Below, piece by piece: positions 35,155 through 41,985 of a stretch of 64,000 nucleotides of DNA. Within the stretch, counting starts at the first letter, position 1. Every line of letters begins with the position of its first letter. A model generated the notes under the pieces. That model worked only from the letters and a program-made list of their open reading frames with translations. It did not search any database and had not been told where the DNA came from. This DNA is from a virus (Duplodnaviria > Heunggongvirae > Uroviricota > Caudoviricetes). The stretch covers positions 37,544-101,543 of the IMG/VR virus record IMGVR_UViG_3300048904_000041, one strand, 5' to 3'. The translations under genes and the position numbers were made by a program.

Positions 35155-36804
35155 ATGTTTAAAATTGTACCTACAGATGAGCAGAACAAAGTCATTGAAC
35201 TGTCTCAGCTTCACAAACACCTGAAAATCAGTGCTTATGCAGGCGCTGCCAAAACCTCTACATTGGTGATGGTGGCGGATGCTAACCCTGTCCCTAGCCT
35301 TATGCTGACTTTCAACAAATCGTTGGCTGATGAGGCTGTGGCACGCTTTCCTGAGCATGTTGAGTGTCGTACTACTCACAGCTTGGCTTATGCATCATTC
35401 GGTGCTCCACTTCAGCACAAACTGAAACGACCACAAGGTGCGTACAAAAACGTAGCAGGTACCGGTTCCGAGATTGCCAAGTTCTTCAAGACTGGTGACT
35501 TCGTTTACATGCTGACAGGTGAGCGCGAAACCCGTCGTATGAAAGCAGGTGGCGTTGGTGTTGCAATCAAGGAAACTGTTGCACGCTTTGAACAGTCTGC
35601 TGAACGTTCGATGACTTACGACCACGTGTCTACTAGTCCGTGTGACACTCACTTGCTTCGTGACAAGGCTGCAATGCGTAAGTTCAAGTATGTCGTTCTT
35701 GAACACGCACAGAAGCTATGGGAACTCCGTACTGACCTGCGTAGTCCTGTACTTGCAACACACGATACATACCTGAAGCTGTTCCAACTAAGCAATCCTG
35801 ACCTTAGTCAGCATCGTGTAAAAGGTGGTCAGCCTTGCCAGATCCTTTATCTCGACGAAGTGCAAGATGTGAACGATGTTGTTCTCGATATCTTTCTTCA
35901 GCAGATGGATCGCATGCGTCTGTACGCCGTTGGTGACCAGTATCAGAACATTTATGGCTGGCGTGGTGCTAAGAATGGCATGTTGGCTTTGGATTGGATT
36001 GAAGCTAGTCTGTCTAAGTCTTTCCGTTTCGGTCAAGAAGTTGGCGACCTTGCTGATGTGATTCTGGCTGATGACGGTCGTATTCAGACTTCGGTCAAGG
36101 GTTTCGAGAAGCTGAACACCAAGTGCATGAATTCATTTGACTTGCCTGACAGCTTCTTTGAGAATACGTACACGATGTTGTTCCGTACCAACGGAGCATT
36201 GATTCAAGAGGCTGTAAGGCTCCTTGCAGAAGGACGGCGTGTAAACCTAGAGATTGACGTGTCTGACTTCACAAAGCTGCTGGAATCGGCTATTGAGCTG
36301 TTTAACGGCAACATGGCTAAGGTTAAGCATGAGAAGCTTGTGCAGTTTGAGAACTGGAACGAGTACAAGATCGAAGCTGAAGTTGTACAGGGTGAGTTGA
36401 TTCGTGTACTGAAGTTGGTTGAGTCCGGTGCGGTCTACCGTGTACTTGAAGTGCTTCGTACTCATCGCAACTGTTCGAACCCTGAGATGACTCTGACCAC
36501 GGCTCACAAGTCGAAAGGTCGTGAGTGGGATTACGTCATCCTTGCTTCTGACTTCCCGTCCTGCTTTGACAAGGATGGTGTTTGGGTTGGTCTGCCAGAT
36601 GGTGAGCGAAACCTGTTGTACGTGGCTGCAACCCGTGTTAAAGTCATGCTTGGTTATAACGAGACTGTTGTGGAGCTGCTTAAACGCAGTTCCGCTTCAA
36701 CCCAATACGAAGATGATCTTGACATTGAATATCTTTTCGATGAACATGTCAGGAATCAGGTGCGTCAGCTTAACAATGACGTACGTAAATGCTTAGAGGA
36801 TTGA
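35155..36804 (+). CDS. SF1 (UvrD/Rep-like) DNA helicase
   Basis: Q-motif PTDEQ, Walker A AYAGAAKTST, Walker B LYLDEVQD, motif III GDQYQNIYGWRGA, motifs V/VI TAHKSKGREWDYV / LLYVAATRVK. Confidence 0.8.
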   Translation: MFKIVPTDEQNKVIELSQLHKHLKISAYAGAAKTSTLVMVADANPVPSLMLTFNKSLADEAVARFPEHVECRTTHSLAYASFGAPLQHKLKRPQGAYKNVAGTGSEIAKFFKTGDFVYMLTGERETRRMKAGGVGVAIKETVARFEQSAERSMTYDHVSTSPCDTHLLRDKAAMRKFKYVVLEHAQKLWELRTDLRSPVLATHDTYLKLFQLSNPDLSQHRVKGGQPCQILYLDEVQDVNDVVLDIFLQQMDRMRLYAVGDQYQNIYGWRGAKNGMLALDWIEASLSKSFRFGQEVGDLADVILADDGRIQTSVKGFEKLNTKCMNSFDLPDSFFENTYTMLFRTNGALIQEAVRLLAEGRRVNLEIDVSDFTKLLESAIELFNGNMAKVKHEKLVQFENWNEYKIEAEVVQGELIRVLKLVESGAVYRVLEVLRTHRNCSNPEMTLTTAHKSKGREWDYVILASDFPSCFDKDGVWVGLPDGERNLLYVAATRVKVMLGYNETVVELLKRSSASTQYEDDLDIEYLFDEHVRNQVRQLNNDVRKCLED

Positions 36805-36807
36805 CAA

Positions 36808-37098
36808 ATGACTGGTAAACGTGTGATGGTTGTTGGTGACATTGATAGAAACCCAAGGTTGAATGTCATGTGTGAAGCGCTGGCTGAAAAGGGATACATC
36901 GTCACACACGTTGCTGAAGACGTTGGCTTCAACGGTATGGACTTTGATTACATTTTCATGGATGAGTGCAAGCGGTTGAATGATGAGATTGTCGAAAAGT
37001 TTGTATCTCTATGTCCTGAAGTTGTTGTGCCTGACGTTATTGTGAAAGGAGGTGGTGTTCGTGGAACCCGAGAATACTGGCAAAGAGGTCGTCGGTGA
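36808..37098 (+). CDS. hypothetical protein (Rossmann-like N-terminus MVVGDIDRNP)
   Basis: 96 aa, 3 nt after helicase stop. Confidence 0.45.
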   Translation: MTGKRVMVVGDIDRNPRLNVMCEALAEKGYIVTHVAEDVGFNGMDFDYIFMDECKRLNDEIVEKFVSLCPEVVVPDVIVKGGGVRGTREYWQRGRR

Positions 37099-37108
37099 AA
37101 ATTGTGAA

Positions 37109-37243
37109 ATGTGGATCTTGACAGACTCCGGCTATCATCGGTTAACATTCACGACATATGCAGCAGCGTGGGATATGCGTAAACGAATTAAGGAGAAACA
37201 CACGTGGAAAGATTTGACATCAAATACCTTGGCTCCATTCTGA
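37109..37243 (+). CDS. small hypothetical protein
   Basis: 44 aa (MWILTDSGYHRL...). Confidence 0.3.
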   Translation: MWILTDSGYHRLTFTTYAAAWDMRKRIKEKHTWKDLTSNTLAPF

Positions 37244-37470
37244 CGATTGAGAATGTTGACGACTATCATATCAAAGGTACATATGATCCAAATGCGGCTT
37301 GTGATATCGAGTTCTTCGGCTATCGCGAAACGTCATTTGATATTGTGGCGGGGTCTTTTACACATAATGGTATTACGATCCAACTTGATGAACAACAGCT
37401 TGACTACTATCGTAAAGACTGCAACAATACGGTCACTTATATGGTACAGGGTTATCTGGATGAACTTTAA
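37204..37470 (+). CDS. hypothetical protein
   Basis: 88 aa. Confidence 0.45.
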   Translation: MERFDIKYLGSILTIENVDDYHIKGTYDPNAACDIEFFGYRETSFDIVAGSFTHNGITIQLDEQQLDYYRKDCNNTVTYMVQGYLDEL

Positions 37471-37675
37471 GATTGTTTTGTCAGCGTTGCTTGGTGTGTT
37501 GATGGGTATCGGTTTGATCGTTGTAACATTTGACACAGTTGAACCTGTAATCAGATCGACATCTAAATCTGTGGCTCAAGTTTTTGCAAAACCAGTTAAG
37601 AAACTTATTGACATGGAACCTAAACGTCAGTATCCTGTTGGTACTTTTGAACATGAGCATAAGAAGACGATATGA
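37460..37675 (+). CDS. small membrane protein
   Basis: MNFKIVLSALLGVLMGIGLIVV TM helix. Confidence 0.45.
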   Translation: MNFKIVLSALLGVLMGIGLIVVTFDTVEPVIRSTSKSVAQVFAKPVKKLIDMEPKRQYPVGTFEHEHKKTI

Positions 37676-37881
37676 AAAGTTTACGTGAATCAACTGTTGA
37701 AGATTTGAAAAACTGGAACATCTCGGATGTGTTCGGTGGCATCGAATACTTCGAAGAAGGATGTCTGTGCATTATCGATGGGAAACTTCCAGTGTTGATG
37801 GATGTTGGTGCACATACTCTGCTAACTCATTATCTGACTGGTTGTGTATGCAGCCGTCACCCGGAAGGAGAGAAGAAATGA
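37672..37881 (+). CDS. hypothetical protein
   Basis: 69 aa ATGA-coupled. Confidence 0.45.
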   Translation: MKSLRESTVEDLKNWNISDVFGGIEYFEEGCLCIIDGKLPVLMDVGAHTLLTHYLTGCVCSRHPEGEKK

Positions 37882-38090
37882 ATTGCCCCGGTTGCAATCT
37901 TCCAATGATTGATGGACAAATCTTCAATGGTCTGCTAAAGTGTCATTGGGATTGTCAAGATAAGGTTCGATCCCAAATGGGTGACCGAAACGCTGATGAC
38001 CTTATCCAATTCCGAATCAATAAACGCTTAGCAATGGATGGTATTACACCTGAGCACCATCTTTTTGAAAAACTAGGAGGGAAACTTTAA
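37878..38090 (+). CDS. zinc-ribbon small protein
   Basis: MNCPGCNLPM...CHWDC. Confidence 0.45.
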   Translation: MNCPGCNLPMIDGQIFNGLLKCHWDCQDKVRSQMGDRNADDLIQFRINKRLAMDGITPEHHLFEKLGGKL

Positions 38091-38491
38091 TGAAACTGCG
38101 TCTTGATACCGCTGGTCTGCGTGCACTTATCGCTGATAACCCTGAACTTGAAGTTGAAATCGGGCGTGAGGTGTTGAACAACATTCGTAAAGACATCACT
38201 GAAGCCAAAGTATCTCAAGCAATTGAACTTGCAGTAAAAGGGTTGACACAAACTGTAGGCCCGTGGAATAATAAACGTCATGAGATTCGTGACGAAAACT
38301 TCAAGCGTGCTGTCAATGGTCTTGTTAACGAATACGCTGGTGAGCGTGTGAAACAAGTGGTCGAGGATATTGTCACAGACCGAGTTCAGCAATTGGTTCA
38401 CAGTCACATCCGTGCAAATATCAAAGACATCCTTCGTGAAGTTGTTGATGCTAACATGGCTAAACAAATCATGTTGGAGAAGCTTCTGTAA
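38090..38491 (+). CDS. hypothetical helical protein
   Basis: 133 aa. Confidence 0.5.
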   Translation: MKLRLDTAGLRALIADNPELEVEIGREVLNNIRKDITEAKVSQAIELAVKGLTQTVGPWNNKRHEIRDENFKRAVNGLVNEYAGERVKQVVEDIVTDRVQQLVHSHIRANIKDILREVVDANMAKQIMLEKLL

Positions 38492-38709
38492 TGTTTTACT
38501 TCTACGCTACAATTTGGTATCTTATTGGGGTTGCCGGTTGCATCTTGCCGACGTGGCTTGAACTTAAGCAAGGTCAGGATTTCACTCTGGCTGATCTAAT
38601 TCTGATGATTATATTCTCAATAACAGGGCCTGTAATTGCTGTAGTTGGTGTTTGGTACTACTTCATAAAGGCTGAACCTCATGTATTAATTAAAGGTAAA
38701 AAGAAATGA
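38491..38709 (+). CDS. small membrane protein (2 TM)
   Basis: 72 aa. Confidence 0.45.
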   Translation: MFYFYATIWYLIGVAGCILPTWLELKQGQDFTLADLILMIIFSITGPVIAVVGVWYYFIKAEPHVLIKGKKK

Positions 38710-39113
38710 GTGACAATATCTGGTATAGTGTAGGTGGTGAAAGCTTCACAACTGATTGTGAGGATGAAATCAAGCGTGAGTGTATCGACTACGCCTTATC
38801 GTGGGATCATAGTTTCAAAGCCGGTGATCAGTTGACATACAGCAAAGGTGTTCGGTATGATCCAAAGCCTAGCGACTTCTGCAAAGATATCGCTTGGGAC
38901 ATCCTGAATCAGATTGAAGCTTCTGCTGATGACGAGATGGGTGAGTGGTCAGATGGTATTACAATCTGCTCAGATGAAGCTAGACAAGAGCTTAATCAAC
39001 TAGTGGCATCATGGGCGGATCAACATCTGTCGGTTGATTGCTTTACAGTTAAACAAGTTGAAGACGTTGAATTCGTCGTAACCCAAGAAATGATTGATGA
39101 GGTGTGTGCATGA
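38706..39113 (+). CDS. acidic hypothetical protein
   Basis: 135 aa D/E-rich. Confidence 0.5.
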   Translation: MSDNIWYSVGGESFTTDCEDEIKRECIDYALSWDHSFKAGDQLTYSKGVRYDPKPSDFCKDIAWDILNQIEASADDEMGEWSDGITICSDEARQELNQLVASWADQHLSVDCFTVKQVEDVEFVVTQEMIDEVCA

Positions 39114-39481
39114 GCTTTTTCGTATTGTGGTTGTTGATGGTACTACCGAACATCCAAGGTTGGTTGATCATAGTGTCCTTTATCACAGGATTGGGTGCTA
39201 TTATTTGGTCTATCGGTAATTTATCGGATCATGGTAAACTCAGTAGAACACCAAAATGGTTGATTGCTATCTGCATCACGGGTTCTCTCATTTCAACCGT
39301 CATCCCGAGTAAAAAAGAAATGGCGATGATTGCAGCAGGTGGTGTTACTTATAATGTTGTCACAAGTGAACCAGCCAAGGAACTTGGTAGTAAAGGGATT
39401 CAGCTTCTGAATAAAAAGATTGATGACCTGCTCAAAGATGAGCCTGAAGTGAAACAAGAAGTATCCGGCACCAAATTGTAA
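39104..39481 (+). CDS. membrane protein (3 TM)
   Basis: 125 aa. Confidence 0.5.
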   Translation: MCMSFFVLWLLMVLPNIQGWLIIVSFITGLGAIIWSIGNLSDHGKLSRTPKWLIAICITGSLISTVIPSKKEMAMIAAGGVTYNVVTSEPAKELGSKGIQLLNKKIDDLLKDEPEVKQEVSGTKL

Positions 39482-39491
39482 GCACAAAAAT

Positions 39492-39519
39492 GCCCCCGCA
39501 CTGTTATGGTGACGGGGGC
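39492..39519. terminator. bidirectional rho-independent terminator (GCCCCCG-N14-CGGGGGC flanked by T-runs on both strands)
   Basis: separates convergent plus-strand island and minus-strand lysis genes. Confidence 0.6.
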
Positions 39520-39526
39520 TTATTCG

Positions 39527-39856
39527 TTATTTAGCACGATCTTGATACGATCCCTTTACGTCAATGCGAAGGGCGTTAACCAAATCACGGATATCACTAC
39601 GCATTCCGGCAGTTTCACGAATCCACTGCTCTTGCACGGATTTGAACTCTTCACGACTAACCTTGCCTTCCTGCAACCTGCTGATGGCTCTCTGGTTGGC
39701 TGCAATGCTCTTGTTGACGTTTGAAAGCTCAGCTTGTGTATTTGCTCGGTCTTGCTGATACATGGCCCCAACAAGCGTTATAAGGGCTAATGCGGCCCAG
39801 CCACCAAACTTCTCAATAAGCTCTTGTAATTTACCCCCATCATTATTATTACTCAT
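39527..39856 (-). CDS. membrane protein with coiled coil (possible extra holin/antiholin or lysis accessory)
   Basis: one TM WAALALITLVGAMY then coiled coil; last gene of lysis cassette. Confidence 0.4.
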   Translation of the reverse strand: MSNNNDGGKLQELIEKFGGWAALALITLVGAMYQQDRANTQAELSNVNKSIAANQRAISRLQEGKVSREEFKSVQEQWIRETAGMRSDIRDLVNALRIDVKGSYQDRAK

Positions 39857-40128
39857 TTGACATCCTTTTCTGTGTAGTTCATGATAAGTCCATCAATGAG
39901 CCTCTTGTAAGCTCTAAGACAGCTTGTGTTGTTTGTCCAACTTGTAGCAAGTGAGCGTACGGTCTCACCAGCCTCAAGCTCAGTGCAGTCTACTTTAAGC
40001 ACACCCACTGGAATGTATTGCTTTTGATAAACAGTTTCGGTAACAACCTTTTGGTTACTTGAGCAACCTGATAAGGTCATCAGGGAGACGATCATCAATG
40101 TCAGCAGTATGCGCCTCATCGTTATCAA
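39853..40128 (-). CDS. o-spanin (Rz1-like outer-membrane lipoprotein)
   Basis: lipobox LSGC|S after signal peptide; overlaps 3' end of i-spanin gene. Confidence 0.65.
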   Translation of the reverse strand: MITMRRILLTLMIVSLMTLSGCSSNQKVVTETVYQKQYIPVGVLKVDCTELEAGETVRSLATSWTNNTSCLRAYKRLIDGLIMNYTEKDVK

Positions 40129-40429
40129 CCCTCTTAGTTGGTAGATTCTTTATCGATTCAACTTTTACAACACCATTACATATCTCCTTGTCAACTTGCT
40201 TGACAATTTCAATTTGCTTTTCAGGCATTGTCTTAATCTCATCAAGTAATTTAGTATTCTCAGAAATCAATCGTTGATTCAATTGAGTTTGTGTTAGAAG
40301 CTCATTACTTACTTTCACTAAAGTTGTTCGATCCATTTTACCTGAGACGTAACTAACGCTCAGGAGTACCACAAGAGAAACAATTATAATTGTAGTTAGT
40401 TTACCCTTTATGTACGTGATTATGTTCAC
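40055..40429 (-). CDS. i-spanin (Rz-like)
   Basis: N-terminal TM, coiled-coil periplasmic domain; o-spanin gene nested at its 3' end. Confidence 0.6.
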   Translation of the reverse strand: MNIITYIKGKLTTIIIVSLVVLLSVSYVSGKMDRTTLVKVSNELLTQTQLNQRLISENTKLLDEIKTMPEKQIEIVKQVDKEICNGVVKVESIKNLPTKRVDNDEAHTADIDDRLPDDLIRLLK

Positions 40430-40673
40430 AGGAATGCTCCTTTACTTTGCTCATGTCATCGATTTCCTGATTAAGCAGTTTACCGATAAAAAACATGGCT
40501 GCGAACATAATACCCCATCCAATCAACCATGCGACCGTCATTGTATCTGTTAGTATACCAAGTAGTGCCAAACCAGCCATTGAAAGTGCATTCAACATGT
40601 TGGCAATGAACGAATACAGATGGTAATGCTTACAAATGTGACTGTAAAACCTTTCACCCATTATTTGCTCCAT
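40401..40673 (-). CDS. holin (2 TM; pinholin-like given SAR endolysin)
   Basis: 90 aa, two hydrophobic helices, charged C-terminus. Confidence 0.55.
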   Translation of the reverse strand: MEQIMGERFYSHICKHYHLYSFIANMLNALSMAGLALLGILTDTMTVAWLIGWGIMFAAMFFIGKLLNQEIDDMSKVKEHSCEHNHVHKG

Positions 40674-41245
40674 TCTTCCATTGTTTGTTTATAACCCGCT
40701 GGAATCTCACCCATGCAATACTTATACTGCTTAGATGCCCTTACTTCCAACCCCTTCAGTTTGACCTTTTTACCATTAACAGTACCGTATACCCAATCAG
40801 TAAGGCGACGACATGTTCGGTCATAGTTACCATTATTAAGGTCTTTCAACATTGTACTGGAAGCAAAGTTACCAGCACCTTTATTGAATGTGAAATCAGT
40901 TAGCGCACCCTTCATCCATTCAGAACGAAATGGGACTTTCACATACCGGTCAACTGCATCTTCTGCTTCTTTCCAATCCTTTGCAAACTGAGCAATACAC
41001 TCATCAATAGTATAGTTCTGTTTGGCAACTTCATTCTTCTTAACCAAGTGACCAATGCATGTAGTAGGTTTACCAACAGGGTCGAGGTGAAGGTGTGTCA
41101 TAACACCCTCACTCGGCACAGTAAGTTGAGTTGCTACATAAGCAGAAGGCCCAGTTACACCAGCAGCGATTAGCGCAGCAAAGATTCGTCCTTTAAGGCT
41201 TTTTGTGATTTGTAATTTCATAAATAACTCCCTAATTAAAACCAT
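40661..41245 (-). CDS. SAR endolysin (GH24 lysozyme with N-terminal signal-anchor-release domain)
   Basis: N-terminal FAALIAAGVTGPSAYVATQL hydrophobic; TTCIGHLV (cf. T4 lysozyme TIGIGHLL) catalytic region. Confidence 0.7.
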   Translation of the reverse strand: MVLIRELFMKLQITKSLKGRIFAALIAAGVTGPSAYVATQLTVPSEGVMTHLHLDPVGKPTTCIGHLVKKNEVAKQNYTIDECIAQFAKDWKEAEDAVDRYVKVPFRSEWMKGALTDFTFNKGAGNFASSTMLKDLNNGNYDRTCRRLTDWVYGTVNGKKVKLKGLEVRASKQYKYCMGEIPAGYKQTMEEWSK

Positions 41246-41946
41246 CTACCGAAAGCAATGTATTCCATTGTGACGTCAGTGGCCCCACGACTGATAGGTG
41301 ACATAATGATAGTGCTTCCTGTTGTAGTAAGAGAAGGGTTGACTTGTTTACCATGCCATACACCACCACCGGCAACTGACGATTGCATAACTACGCTTGG
41401 TATTGCACCAACAAAGGTTTGTGGAAAAGTAAGAGTCGGGAAATCACCGTAAAAAAGAGAACCATATGGAATGTTTATGCTCAGATTACCTGAATATCGA
41501 TTAGTGCAAATCATCGTGCCGTCTGCATATTTAGTATAAGATCCTAAACCACCATTTGTACCACGTTCGATAACAGCACCTGTCGGCAATCCATTAGTCT
41601 GAGTAACGACTCCGACAAGAGCGTTGTTATCATATGTCTTATACCATGGTTGCCATGAACCTGCACTAACAGACCGACTAAAGGACTGAGGTGTTCCGTA
41701 TAATGTGGCGGTCTGTTTTAATCCATTTGGTGTATTTACTACTTCGACAACATAATTAATTGTTGTACCTGTAGTCACAGGTCTACTGGCACCAGATGCT
41801 GTTGGAATAAAGAATACACCTGATTTTATCAATGTGTCCCAATTTACATCTGATGCCAATGTTGATAATGTTCCATTATTACCTGTACCACCATTTTCAA
41901 CTTGAACAGGTGTCCGTAGTTTTGCCAAGTCTCTTGCAATACTCAT
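41236..41946 (-). CDS. short tail fibre / receptor-binding protein sharing C-terminal domain with the 947-aa fibre
   Basis: GVVTQTNGLPTGAVIERGTNGG..SYTKYADGTMIC...FGRWF vs GVVSQTGGVPTGAIIERGSNSQGSYVRYADGTQIC...IGRWY. Confidence 0.6.
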   Translation of the reverse strand: MSIARDLAKLRTPVQVENGGTGNNGTLSTLASDVNWDTLIKSGVFFIPTASGASRPVTTGTTINYVVEVVNTPNGLKQTATLYGTPQSFSRSVSAGSWQPWYKTYDNNALVGVVTQTNGLPTGAVIERGTNGGLGSYTKYADGTMICTNRYSGNLSINIPYGSLFYGDFPTLTFPQTFVGAIPSVVMQSSVAGGGVWHGKQVNPSLTTTGSTIIMSPISRGATDVTMEYIAFGRWF

Positions 41947-41985
41947 TTGAATCCTCCTTAAAATGTGCCCCGAAGGGCACTTATG

